Positions 1 to 12,141 of a stretch of 64,000 nt of DNA are shown in pieces; position 1 is the stretch's first letter; each line of letters opens with the position of its first letter. The stretch lies in NCBI RefSeq assembly GCF_009914755.1, contig NC_060934.1; one strand, given 5' to 3'. Both the position numbers and the translations under genes were made by a program. The stretch comes from the human T2T-CHM13v2.0 reference genome, Homo sapiens. Under the pieces are notes generated by a model, which was not told the DNA's origin, did no database searches, and saw only the letters and a program-made list of their open reading frames with translations.

Positions 1-292
1 GGCCACTAGTGGGATGACAGTTACAGGCATCACACTCAGGCCTGACAGAGGAAAAAGAAGGATCATTTCTTCACGTGGCCTCTCTTAGGAGAGAAGTTTC
101 CCGCAAGCGCCCTGGTATACAATCAAGTCTCATTGGCCAGAATCTGGTCACATATCCACTCCTGAACCAATCACTGACAAAAAAAAAAAAAAAAAAAAGC
201 ATGAAGCTGCATGGAGGAAGAATAGATTCCTGAACAAAACTAGAGCTCTGTTAGGAAGGCAAAGAGAATGGGTAAGCAGCCAGCATTGTTCA
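1..292 (-). mobile_element. Old MaLR LTR fragment (MLT1J/K/L-like) with an internal A20 run (179-198)
   Basis: CATTGGCCAGAATCTGGTCACATATCCACTCCTGAACCAATCACTG is typical of reverse-strand old MLT1 LTRs; cut off by the window edge. Confidence 0.55.
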
Positions 293-327
293 CTGTAACT
301 GTAGACACCTTTTTACACCTAACACCC

Positions 328-886
328 TGTGGTGGTTAATTTTATGTGCCAACCTGACTGGGCCACAGGGTGCCCAGACATTTGGTCAAATGTTATTCTG
401 GGTATGTCTGTGAGAGTATTTCAGGATGAGGTTGATATTTGAAGTGGTAATGTTTGAAGTGGTGGGCTGAGTGAAGCAGACTGCCCTCCCTAATGTGGGT
501 GGGCCTCATCCAATCAATTGAAGGCCTGGATAGAACAAAAAGATTGAGTAAAAGGAATTCCTCCCACTTGACTGCTGGAGCTGAGATATTAGTCTTTTCT
601 AACCTTCAGTCTTATACCAAAACATCAGCTCGTCTTGGGTTTCAAGCCTGCTGGCTTTTGGACTGGATCTTACACCATCAGCTCTCATGGTTCTCAGCCC
701 TTTGGACTCAGACTGCAACTGGACATTGGCTCTCCTGGGTCTGCAACTTGCAGACTGCAGATCTGGACTTTTTCAACCTGTAATTCTTTAAGATGAGTAA
801 ACAAGTAAGTACATAAAAACATAACTTATTGATTCTGTTTCTGTTCTCTGAAGAACAGAGCCAGTAGTCTGTTTCTGACTAATACA
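328..886 (+). mobile_element. ERVL solo LTR, MLT2 family (MLT2B/D-like)
   Basis: Starts TGTGGTGGTTAATTTTATGTGCCAACCTGACTGGGCC and ends GACTAATACA; internal GGGTGGGCCTCATCCAATCAATTGAAGGCC. Confidence 0.85.
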
Positions 887-1114
887 CACTATATTAACGT
901 TCCTCAGATCTTAAGTTCCTCCAAACACTTTGGAAAATGCCGGAAAGCTTTCTTAGGTAGAGGCCAAATTTTCTCATATAGCATTCAAAGCCTGTTATGC
1001 TTTGGTTCCCTACTCTTTTCTAGTCTCATGTACTGTTCTAGCAAACAAAATGTTATTTCAGACTCTTGCGCTTTTACATGTACTAGTCTCTCTGCTAGTT
1101 GCCCCTTTCCCATC

Positions 1115-1285
1115 TATCAAATGTGGAAACATGGGAAAGTTACTCAAGCTCTGTGCCTCAGTTTCCTTTCCAGAAAATAGAGATCATAGAAATAACTACC
1201 TCATTGGTTATTATGAGGATTAAATGCCTGCATGAACTTTGAACAGTTCCTGACACACGGTAAGTGCTAAATACACGTTAGAGAT
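1115..1285 (+). mobile_element. MIR SINE
   Basis: Core CTCTGTGCCTCAGTTTCC...ATGAGGATTAAATG...GTAAGTGCT. Confidence 0.8.
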
Positions 1286-1369
1286 CATTCTGCAATCCCA
1301 CTGCACTTTGTGCATCCCTCAATGAAAACACACTCCATGCAGTAATAAATGATTTTCTTGTACATGTAT

Positions 1370-1500
1370 CTCTCCAACTAAATCACAAAGTCTTCAAAGA
1401 CAGGAATATCATATTGTTCCTCTTTGATTCTCCCAAGTTTAGCACAATATGTGGTTCTTGGCTATGATCAACAAGTGCTTGGTGAATGAATGGCTGAATG
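1370..1500 (+). mobile_element. L2 LINE 3' end
   Basis: Ends AAGTGCTTGGTGAATGAATGGCTGAATG (L2 tail). Confidence 0.6.
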
Positions 1501-1952
1501 ATCTTCACACCTAAAGAAACTAAAATTCCAACAAGGTGAAATAAGTTGCACGTCACATAGACAGACAAGAAATGCCAGCACTTGGAATCCGGGTATCCCA
1601 GTTTCTGAAACCAGGAGCTCCATTTACCACCTAGAAATTGCTTCCCACTTGGTGACAGCATTCTTGTAATTCAATTCAACAAGTCTTTCTTAAGCACTTA
1701 CTATGCATCAGACCTGGGGACTGGGGATGACGAAAATTCAATCCATGCCCTCGAGGCATCAGGCAGCCATCCCCTGGACCTAAACCTCCAGCTGGCCTCC
1801 CTGCCTCCAGACCCCTACCCCTGCCACTCATTCTTCAAGGCACCATCAGAATTACTGCTTGGGCTTACATGCCCTAAAAGCCATAGCCTCTGGGAATAAT
1901 GCCCACATTTCTGGTCTGCCACCACCATAACCCATCCATAATCTAACTTCAT

Positions 1953-4276
1953 TGTATTAGTCCATTCTCACACTGGTATAAGGACATACTGAGACTGGGA
2001 AATTTATAAAGGAAAGGGGTTTAATTGACTCACAGTTCTGCAGGGCTGGGCGGGGGTGGGCCTCAGGAAACTTACAATCATGGTGGAAAAGGAAGCAAAC
2101 ACATCCTTCTCTACAAGACGGCAACAAGGAGAAGTGCAGAGTGAAGTGGGGGAAAACCCCTTATAAAACCATCAGATCTCATGAGAACTCACTCACTGTC
2201 ATGAGAACAGCATGGAGGTAACCGCCCCCATGATTCCACTACCTCCCACCAGGTCCCTCCCACGACATATGGGGATTATGGGAACTACAGTTCAAGATGA
2301 GATTTGAGTGGGAACATAGCCAAACCACATCATTCCTCCCCTGACCGCTCCCACATCTCATGTCCTCACATTTCAAAACACAATCATGCCTTCCCAACAG
2401 TCCCCCAAATTCTTAAGTCATTCCAGCATTAACTCAAAAGTCTAAGTCCAAAGTCTCCTCTGAAACAAGGCAAGTCCCTTCTGCCTATGAGTCTGCAAAA
2501 TCAAAAGCAAGTTAGTTACTTCCTAGATAACAATAGTGTTACAGGCATTGGGTAAATACACCCATTCCAAATGGGAGAAATTGGCCAAAATGAAGGGGCT
2601 ACAAGCCCCATGCAAGTCCAAAATCCAATGGGGCAGTCAAATCTTAAAGCTCCAAAACGATCTCCTTTGACTCCATGTCTCACCTCCAGGTCACGTGAGA
2701 TGCAAGAGGTGGCCTCCCATGGCCTTGGGCAGCTCCACCCCTGTGGCTTTGCAGAGTACAGCCCCCCCCTCCCAGCTGCTTTCATGGCTGGCGTTGAGTG
2801 TCTGCAGCTTTTCCAGGAGCATGATGCAAGCTGTTAGTGGATCTACCATTCTGGGGTCTGGAGGACGATGGTCCTCTTATTACAGCTCCAATGGGCAGTG
2901 CCCCAGTGGGGACTCTGTATGGGGGCTCTGATCCCACATTTCCCTTCCGCACTGCCCTAGCAGAGGTTCTCCATTAGGGCTCCACCCCTGGAGCACACCT
3001 CTGCCCGGACATCCAGGTGTTTCCATACACCCTCTAAAATCTAGGCAGAGGTTCCCAAACCTCAGTCCTTGACTTCTGTGCACACACAGGCCCAACACCC
3101 TGTGGAAGCTGCCAAGGCTTGGGGTTTGCACCCTCTGGAGCAATGGCCTCAGCTGTATGTTGGCCCCTTTTAGCCACACTGGGACAGGGCACCAAGTCCC
3201 AAGACTGCACAAAGCAGCAAGGCCCTGGGCCTGGCCCAAGAAACCATTTTTTCCTCCAGGGCTGTGATGGGAGGGGCTGCCGTGAGGATCTTTGACATGC
3301 TCTAGAGACATTTTCTCCATTGTCTTGGTGATTAACATTTGGCTCCTCATTACTTATGCAAATTTCTGTAGCCAGCTTGAATTTCTCCCCAGAAAATGGG
3401 TTTTTTTCTTTTCTACTGCACCATTGGGCTGCAAATTTTCCACTTTTATGCTCTGTAACCTCTTGAATGCTTTGCTGCTTAGAAATTTCTTCTGCCAGAT
3501 ACCCTAAGTCATCTTTCTCAAGTTCAAAGTTCCAAAGATCTTTAGAACAGGGGCAAAATTCCACCAGTCTCTTTGCATAGCAAAAGTGACCTTTACTCCA
3601 GTTCCCAACAAGTTTCTCATCTCCATCTGAGACCACCTCAGCCTGGAGTTTAGTGTCCATATCACTATTAGCATTTTGGTCAAAGCCATTCAACAAATCT
3701 CTAAGAAGTTCCAAACTTTACCACATCTTCTTGTCTTCTGAGCCCCTTCAAGTCTCTAGGAAGTTCCAAACTTTCCCACATGTTCCTGTCTTCTTCTGAG
3801 CCCTCCCAACTGTTCTAGCCTCTGCCTGTTACACAGTTCCAAAGTCACTTTCACATTTTCAGGTATCTTTACAGCAGCACCCCACTACCTGCTACCAATT
3901 TACTGTATTAGTCTGTTCTCACACTTCTATAAAGACATACCCAAGACTGGGTAATTTTGAAAGAAAAGAGGTTTAATTTTCTCTGCCGGGCTGTGGAGGA
4001 GGCAGACTCAGGAAACTTACAAACATGGCAGAAAAGGAAACAAAAACATCCTTCTTCACATGGCAGCAGCAAGGAGAAGTGCAGAGCAAAAGGGGGGAAA
4101 CCCCTTATAAAGCCATCAGATCTCATGAAAACTTGCTCACTATCACAAGAACAGCATGGAGGTAACTGCCCCCATAATTCAATTACCTCCCACTGGGTCT
4201 CTCCTATGACACATGGGGATTTTGGAAACTACAGTTCAAGATGAGATTTGGGTAGGGACACAGTCAAACCATATCA
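1953..4276 (-). mobile_element. Complete MaLR provirus, THE1C/THE1D-like (LTR-internal-LTR)
   Basis: Two similar LTRs at 1953-2332 and 3904-4276 (TGTATTAGTC...ATCA), THE1 internal sequence at 2333-3903, and a 5-bp TSD TTCAT/TTCGT (1948-1952 / 4277-4281). Confidence 0.95.
3034..3714 (-). pseudogene. Remnant of the MaLR (THE1) internal ORF, 226 codons open
   Basis: Translation (EVVSDGDEKLVGNWSKGH...DLGYLAEEISKQQSIQEV) matches the THE1/MST internal ORF; non-ATG start; lies wholly inside THE1-int. Confidence 0.75.
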
Positions 4277-5384
4277 TTCGTTTACCCACACAAGCTCATA
4301 TCTGACCATCTGACCACTGCCAACTTGACCCTTCTCACTGTGGGTCCCTCACAAACCACACAGCAGACTTATTTCCATCTCCACCCCTCTGCTCATTTGG
4401 TGCCTCCTGTGTGACAAAGTTCCTTTGTTTCTCAACCTGTAATTGGTATGACCTACTTCACTAGCTTGGGATACAAACATAGTCACACTTTGTTTTTCAG
4501 TTCACTTTTGGAGGTCCTATATGTGCCTATTAGAACTATGTTTCCCTCTTTCTGTTCTCTCAAAATTGTATAAGAATTCCAGGGACTTCTTTTTGTCAAA
4601 TGAAATGACAACTTAAAAATCTAATCTGGTCACTACTGCCATTGCTTCCTGCTGCCTCATGCAGTTGAAGCCCTGCCTTTGCTAGCTTAGGACATTTGTC
4701 TGCCCTGTGGTTATGCCCTTGGCCCGGGTCCTGACCCAGTTTGCAGGTTTCAGCTCCTCTAATCACACCTGTATGCTATGCCATGTGCCCAGAGCTTGAT
4801 GCTGGTGGCTCCCACAATCATCATTAGGGTTTGGGTTAAGCCCAAGTCACAAAGCCAGACACCCTTTTCCCCCACAGTAACTCCCACTCTGAAGACATTA
4901 GAGTAATTTTCTGCCAATCATTCCAAGGTCTTGGCTACCCCAGGATACACTCGTGACATTCCTCTCACTTCCAAACTCCATAAAAGGAGCCTGTGCTCCT
5001 GTACTTTCCTACCCAGAAAAATCCTGAGCCTCTTATGCAAGTCAACCCAACTTCTGCACACTGCAAACCAAAGGGAGAAGCAGTTGCTGTTAAGCCACAA
5101 AAGAAAATAAGTCCCCATTACATCTTTTTCCCAGACCAATAGGTGTCTTCTTATATTTGCTTAACTAAGAGACACCATTTGAGCAACTCTTCATAAACCA
5201 AGGTAACCCAGTGTGTCCATCTTCTCAAAGGAATGCTGGCAGTTTCTACTCTAAGTTGTGGTTTCTGTAGGTTGTTTCCTACACAGTAATTTATTGCACA
5301 GCAATCTCAGGTTCAAGGTCTAGAGAAAGTCCACAATAATATCTCTTCTAAAATTCCTATAGCATTTATATATATAGTCCATAT

Positions 5385-5500
5385 CTCAATTTGTTCATTT
5401 ATTGAACAAATACTTATTGAGCACCAATTATGTACCAGGTCCAGGCAATGGGTATGCAAAGCTTAAAAGGCCACAGCCTCTGTCTCCAGAGCCTGCCAAG
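5385..5500 (-). mobile_element. L2 3' end fragment
   Basis: TTCATTTATTGAACAAATACTTATTGAGCACC...GTACCAGG. Confidence 0.65.
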
Positions 5501-5792
5501 CTAGAGGATTCTATATTGGTCTATGTTAGTCAGTGTGACAGTTGCCAGTGCGCTGGGCCTGCAGCTAGAACACTAGAAGGCCAGGCGGCACAGGGCACTG
5601 CAGTACCCCACTTGCCCTCTTACAGTTAATCTGGTGGATGATAAATAAGGTTGCAACTTTATTCAAATTGCAGCGCAAGCTCTGCCTTCATTACTGTTAC
5701 CTCTTTCTGCTCTCTAGCCAGTTACCACCTCTTCCATTTGAAAGGACTATGAAAACGGGTCTCCTGCCTTCCTACAGAAGTACTAGCAAGTT

Positions 5793-6081
5793 GGCCGGGC
5801 ATTGTGGCTCACCCCTATAATCCCAGCACCTTGGAAGGCCGAGGCAGGAGGACAACATGAGCCCAAGAGTTCGAGACAAGCCTGGGCAACACAGTGAGAC
5901 ACTGTCTCCACTAAAAAAAAAAAAAAAATAGCCAGGCACGGTGGCACATGCCTGTAGTCTCAGCTACTCAAGAGGTTCAGGCAGCAGGATTGCTTGAGCC
6001 CAGGTGTTGGAGGCTGCAGTGAGCTATAATTATGCCACTGAGCTCCAGGCTGGGGAACAGAAAAGACCTTATCTCAAAAAA
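5793..6081 (+). mobile_element. AluJ (Jo-like), full length
   Basis: Dimeric Alu with J-type GAGCCC/GAGGCTGCAG positions; TSD ACAGAAGTACT(A/T)GCAAGT. Confidence 0.93.
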
Positions 6082-7469
6082 GACAGAAGTACTTGCAAGT
6101 GATAAAGCTGAAAGCATCTTAGCTGAGACATGCACACTAAGGATTGGGTTGGATTTCTGAAAAGTATGTAACCTGATATATTCGTCAAAAAATTAATTCA
6201 ATTCCATAAATACAGCAACTGCTGTATTTATACAGCAACTGCTATATGACGTGGTAAGTAGTCAGGTTCAATTAACACTGTGGATTTTTCCTGTTTTTGC
6301 TGAGACTAACAATAATCTTAATATACAATTGTTTTATAAACATAAATTCCTCTTTGAATGAAGAAGTAAAAGAAAAAAGTATGTCTGGGAGTAAGTGGGT
6401 ACCTGCCTGTAGAAAAGATAACTATTTTAAGTTGAGTGAGAAGGGGAGATACTCAACATCAGTAAAATATTCCCCTGGCTTAAGGTGGCCTTGGTTGAGG
6501 AAATATTACAGATTTCCAAGTGAGTGAGTACAGAATCCAGGAGAAGGAACCAATAGCGCTTAGTGACTGCGGAAGACCTGAACTTGAGCTCCAGCCAGAG
6601 AAGACTCAGTTTCACCAAAAGCTGGAGCTGAGCAAACTCGCTGGCCAGACTGGGAAATGAGTAGAATGCATACAGCTGGGCCACGCTAGACTTTGGCACA
6701 TGCCTGCAAATTGCCTTTCTGCACATCACATATACCCTGAAATTCCTCACAGGGTTGTAAAATTTAGCTCTGGGTCATATGCTTTAGAAGAGTCACTGCA
6801 AAACTAGTTTAAGGGGGATGGAGGAACAAGGAGCCATGTCTTAGCTCTTAGGTCACAGACTAAAGAAGGAAAAGGCCTACTTTCCTTTAGTGACTGGAAG
6901 TGGGACTGACCAATGGTGAAAGAGGTAGCCTCCCATTTGAGGGTGTCCTGGGTAATGTTATCATCAAAGAACTGACCCAGAGCTAACATCAGAATCCTAT
7001 GTCTAGCAGAGGGAACACAAGGTCTCTTATAAGGAGCCAGTTGGGAGGGGAAGCTAAATTATACTGCCCACCTTGGTGGGCTCCCAGCCAGCAGGGGAGG
7101 GCTGCAGCCTGGCTCTCCTCTTAGTGAGAGGTCCCCCCAGTTCCTTCCTGGGGCTGAGTTGGCTGGCATCTGTGGGCTGAGAGTGAGACCTTTGAAGCAA
7201 TGCACAGTTCTGAAATCTTAGCTTGCTGTCAAGGTGGTCCCTGCAAAGGATACCTGGAGCAAGGACTGGCTAAGGGCGTGTTGACGCCAAGCTTCCACGG
7301 AACCCAGACAATGAAGGGAGAGGACACTTTTGTCCATAGACATCATCTGGGGAGTCAGGATGGTCCAGTTTTTCAAGCCATTCATGGAATTAAAAGAGAA
7401 ATGTCTTGGGAGTGATTGGTGGGTGGTTCTAAGGATAAGAGATCACAGCATTAGGAGAAGAAGGGTTAA

Positions 7470-7670
7470 GAAGTAATCATTATTGATTGTCTACAATGCG
7501 GTGGCTATTTTATATACACATTATCTCTCTTAATTCTGACAAAATTCTATAAAGGGAAATGTGACCTTTTTCATTGGACAAATAAGGAAGCAGATTCAGA
7601 GAGAGAAAGTGAGCTGCCCACGCATGCTAGCCGGTGACAGGGTCAGGATGCAAAGCCTTCTCTTGCTTTC
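7470..7670 (-). mobile_element. MIR SINE
   Basis: ATAAGGAAGCAGATTCAGAGAG...GAGCTGCCCA core. Confidence 0.6.
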
Positions 7671-7908
7671 AGCATGGCCCATGTTTTTCCCAACAACAAA
7701 AAAAAGATATTAAATACCTGCTATGACCACAGCATAGAGCTGGGCCCTGTGGGCACACACAAATAGGTTCCTGCCTCACAGGCTAAAGGGAGAAGCAAGA
7801 CCTATGATTATAGTGGCTGTAAACTACTAGCAGTTAATCAATATTAACAACTCTTCAACCTCTCACACCCTTCTCCCCTTGGTCACTAGTCTGACTAGAC
7901 TGGCCTTC

Positions 7909-8077
7909 TTTTTGTGTGTGTGTTTGTTTGTTTGTTTGTTTGTTTGTTTGTTTGTTTGTTTTGAGACAGGGTCTTGCTGTGTTGCCCAAGCTGGTCTCAA
8001 ACTCCTGGGCTCAAGTGATCCTCCTGCCTCAGCCTCTTGAGTAGCTGAGATTACAGGCGTGAACCACTGCACCCAGC
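7909..8077 (-). mobile_element. FLAM_C / monomeric Alu with a (TTTG)n tail, inserted in an L2 relic
   Basis: Single monomer; TSD TAGACTG(G/A)CCTTC at 7896-7908 and 8078-8090. Confidence 0.88.
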
Positions 8078-8309
8078 TAGACTGACCTTCCTGCAGCTCC
8101 ACACAAGTCTAGCTCATTCCTGCCTCGGATTCTCTGCATCAGCCCCTCCCTCTGCCGACTATGACCTTCCCAGCTTCATGTCACCATCTCAGAGTCCTTC
8201 CCTAGCCTCCCTTACCCGCTATGGGTACACCCCTCAGCCTCTCCTCTTTCCTGGCTTTATTTTCTTCCTAACACTTAAGAGCAAGCTTTGATGTCTAATT
8301 GTCTGTCGG

Positions 8310-8650
8310 GATCCAAGGCCTGGCTTCAACACTTTCTAGCTGTGTGATCTGGGACAAATTACTAACTCCCTGAGCTTCCGCTTCATATTTGTAAGCAGGT
8401 AATAATTTTATGTAGCTCAAGGGATTTTTGTGAGGACAAAAATAGAATAATTCATGAAAATACTTAGAGCAGTGACTGGCACATAGAAAATGTTTAATAC
8501 ATGTTAGCTATTATTGTTATGATTTGTTTGTTTGTTGTGTTTCCTCTTTACTAAAATGTAAGCCCTATGAAGGCAGAGACTTTGTTCATCATGAGATCCT
8601 CAGGACCTGGCACATAGTAGGCCCACAGTAAAGATTTATTGAATGAATAG
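8310..8650 (+). mobile_element. MIR followed by an L2 3' end
   Basis: AGCTGTGTGATCTGGGACAAATTACTAAC (MIR core); CCTGGCACATAGTAGG...TTGAATGAAT (L2 end). Confidence 0.7.
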
Positions 8651-9954
8651 CTAACTTTCTGTGTCCCAGGAATGGCTTATTTTATTTAGGCCTCACAGTA
8701 ACCCCACGAGGCAAAAACCATTGTCATCATTTTACAGATGAGATTCAGAGAGGCGACATACATGTCCTAAGACTAAAAAGCCAAAAAATGGAGATCCAGG
8801 CTGCAAACCAAGTAACTCCAAAGACAGCGCCATTACCTGCTACGCTACACCACACGACTCACAGTGTCATACTTTGGAAGCATCCACTGAACACAGGAGA
8901 ACCAAATACTATGACCCTGGATCTGAGAGTGCTGCCCTGCTGTGGTCACTCAGAGCTCTCTGTACAGCTCAACCATTTCTTGGTATTGGTGCCCAGGCTG
9001 TGTAACACCCTTCAGTGATGGACAACCTGGAATGGTGCCATTCCCACACATCAACACCTCCTGCAGCCAAGCCTTTCTTGAATTATCCCCATCCCATCTT
9101 CAGAGAAGAGGGTCTCTGTAGAGTCCCACTGTACCAAGTGCCATAGATGCCATTCCAAGGGTTACTATGGAGAGCCAGACTCTGCCCATGGGATAATCAG
9201 AGATGAAGGTGACGGACATCAGTTTAGACCCCAGTCACAAGGTACAGATGCAGGACTCACTGTAGCTTGTTCACCATCAGATCCCCCAAACCTGGCACAG
9301 TTCTAGGAACTTGTAGAGGCTCAGCAGATGCTTGCTGAATGAGTAAAAGAATCGCTGAGTCAGAACATTAAGGTTTGTTTCTGTCTCTATCACTAGTTAA
9401 TACGTGACTGAGGCAAGTCATTTCTCCTCTTTGAACTTCAATTGCCCAATTATGAAATTGGAAAGTTGTACCACATAAGTTGTTCTATGATACTAGAGAT
9501 TCCTCAAGAAATATTTTTCACTAAAAAATGAAAATTCTAACTTCCTGGGAATCCATTCGTCTTTGTTATTTGGGTATAAATTTGATTCTGCATAAATTTA
9601 ATTTGTGAAAAGTGGGGGAGATCTCATTAAAATGGTTGTGAACTCCTGAACCAAATAATCTATAGTATTCCATCAAGCTCTGATTTTTTTCCAACTTAAT
9701 TTCCTGGGTTATTCATAGCCTGTTCCAAAGGGATAATGAAGTCGAACTGAAAAAAAGTGAATTTAATTTCCACTTGGCTCCACCTCCAGGAAAAATTGTG
9801 AATGAAACTAAGATAGGTTCCCATATCCTCTGTACATCTCTCATTCTGACACCACCCAGCCTAGACATGCCATTGTGTTGCTGGGCCAGTAAACAGCAAG
9901 AGCATAATCCTGACACACACCTTCACATCAAATCTGTTTTTTCATCATATCCCC

Positions 9955-11031
9955 CCATTCAAGGTTCTTAGATAAGTGGAACCAGTAAAATATATATAGA
10001 TGTATTTAATATTTTAGAGATTTGTTTTAGGTATTGGCTCACGATTATGGAGGCCGTGAAGACCCACCATCTGCCATTGGCAAGCTGAAGAACTAGGAAA
10101 GTCAATACTGTAATTCTGTTTGAATCCAAAGACCTGAGAATTGAGGGGATGGAGTCAGGGAGAGTGTAAATCCTAGTATCAGTCTGAAAGCAGAGACCCA
10201 GGAGCTCTAATGTCCAAGGGCAGGAGAAATGTACATCTCAGTGGAAGAAGGGAAAGCAAATTTGCCCTTCTTCCACCTTTTTGTTCTATTCAAGCCCTCA
10301 GTGGATTGGATGATGCCCACTTGTCACCAATAGAGGGTTGTGACTGCAAGTTGTTTAGGTTCTTGGTGTTTTGAACAAAGAATTGGACAAAAAGCTCAGC
10401 AAAGCAAAGAATAAATGAAGCAATACAAGAATGAAAGCAGGGATTTATTGAAAACGAAAGTACACTCCACAGTGTGGGAGCAGACCCGAGCAGCAGCTCA
10501 AGGGCCCAGATACAGAATCTTCGTGGGTTCAAATATCCCCTAGAAGTTTCCCATCGGCCACTTCATGTTCACCTCATGTAATGAAGTGGTAGCCCGCCAT
10601 CAGTCTGATTAGTTGTGGACAGCAACCATTCAGAGGCTGGAGTGAAGTTACAAAGTTGCAAACAAAGACTTAACCCCCACTTAGTATGATTTGTTGCGGA
10701 CTGCCAATCTCCCATCTGCCATCTGCCACAAGAAAAAGTCAAAGGAAGTAACTTCTGGTCCTTTTGTTATTTAGGCGTGGAAAGTTAGGGTTTTCCTTTC
10801 AATTTAGTTCTAGGAAGTCAGTGTGAAACAGCCTTAGGTTCCCTGCCTCCAGACCCGATTCTCCTGCCCCACACCCACATTGGTGAGAGCCATTTACTTT
10901 GCTCAATTTACCAGTTCAAATGCTATTCTTTTCTGGAAGAGAATAGCATTTGACACACCTAGAAATAATATCTTACTACTATCTAGGCATCCCTTAGCCC
11001 AGTGAAACTGACACACAAAATTGAACCATCA
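9955..11031 (-). mobile_element. MLT2 (ERVL) LTR interrupted by a MER51 LTR
   Basis: GGATTGGATGATGCCCAC / CCCACATTGG halves join across the insertion; ends ACACACAAAATTGAACCATCA. Confidence 0.85.
10322..10871 (-). mobile_element. ERV1 solo LTR, MER51 family
   Basis: Reverse strand starts TGGGGCAGGAGAATCGGGTCTGGAGGCAGGGAACCTAAGG; 4-bp TSD CACT/CACC. Confidence 0.85.
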
Positions 11032-11394
11032 TATCCCCTCAGAACCTATTAATGTCAACTAATCTGTTTGACTAACAGAGTCATGGTAATGTCTTATAGG
11101 ACTGGTAGGAATCAGTCATCTGCTAAGTCCCCTGGTAACCAAGGCCCAGAGCAGGAGGTGATTTGCCTGTGGCCACTCCACAATTTGGCAACAGAGCCAG
11201 AATCTAAATCCAGGTTTCCCTGTTCCTAGGCTCCTTCCACTAGACCAGCAGTTCTCACCTCTTGCTGTATATGAAGATTTCCTGGGGGGCTTTGTAAAGT
11301 ATTGTATGTGGGCTTCACATCCCCACAGAGGATTCAATTTGTCTAGAGTGGCGTCCAGACATCACTAATTTTTAAAAAGATTTTTATCAAAGTA

Positions 11395-12141
11395 TGCTAT
11401 GGTCTGAATGTGTCCTCATAAAATTAATATGTTGAAACATAATCACTAATGTGATAGTATTAAGAGGTGGGGCCTTTAGAAGGTGATTAAATCATGAGGG
11501 CTCATGAATGGGATTAATGACTGCTATAGTTTGGATGTTTGTCCCCCAAAACCAAATGTTGAAACTTGATCACCAGTGTTGGAGGTGGGGCCTAATGGGA
11601 GGTGTTTAGGTCGTGGGGTTGGATCCCTCATGAATGGCTTAGTGCCATCCTTATGGTAACAAGTGAGTTCTCACTCTATTAGGTCCCACAAGAGCTGATG
11701 GTTAAAAAAATCCTGGCCCCTCCCCCTCTCTCTTGCTTCCTCTCTCACCATGTGATCTCTGCACACACTGGCTCCCCTTCGCCTTCCCCCATGAATGGAA
11801 GCAACTTAAGGCCTTACGAGATGCAGATGCTGGTGCCATGCTTCTTGTACAGCCTGTAGAACTGTGAGCCAAATAAACTTCTTTACAAATTACCCAGCCT
11901 TAGGCAACAGTACATGGACTAAGACAGTAACCCTATAAAAGAGGCCTGAGTGAGCTGTTTGCCCTTTCTCCCTGTGAAGACACAGAAAAGGCATTCATGA
12001 GGAACAGTCCCTCACCAATACTGAATCTGCTGGCACCCTGATCTTAGACTTCTCAGCCCCCAGAACTGTGAGAAATAAATTTCTCTTGTTTAAAAACTAC
12101 CCTGTCTAAAGTAGTTTGTTAGAGCAGCCCAGACTAAGATA
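11395..12141 (+). mobile_element. MLT1A-like LTR interrupted by an MSTB LTR
   Basis: TGCTATGGTCTGAATGTG... start; GAACTGTGAGAAATAAATTTC...ACTAAGATA end. Confidence 0.85.
11522..11926 (+). mobile_element. MSTB-like MaLR solo LTR nested in MLT1A
   Basis: TGCTATAGTTTGGATGTTTGTCCC...GGACTAAGACA; degenerate TSD ATGAC/GTAAC. Confidence 0.85.
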
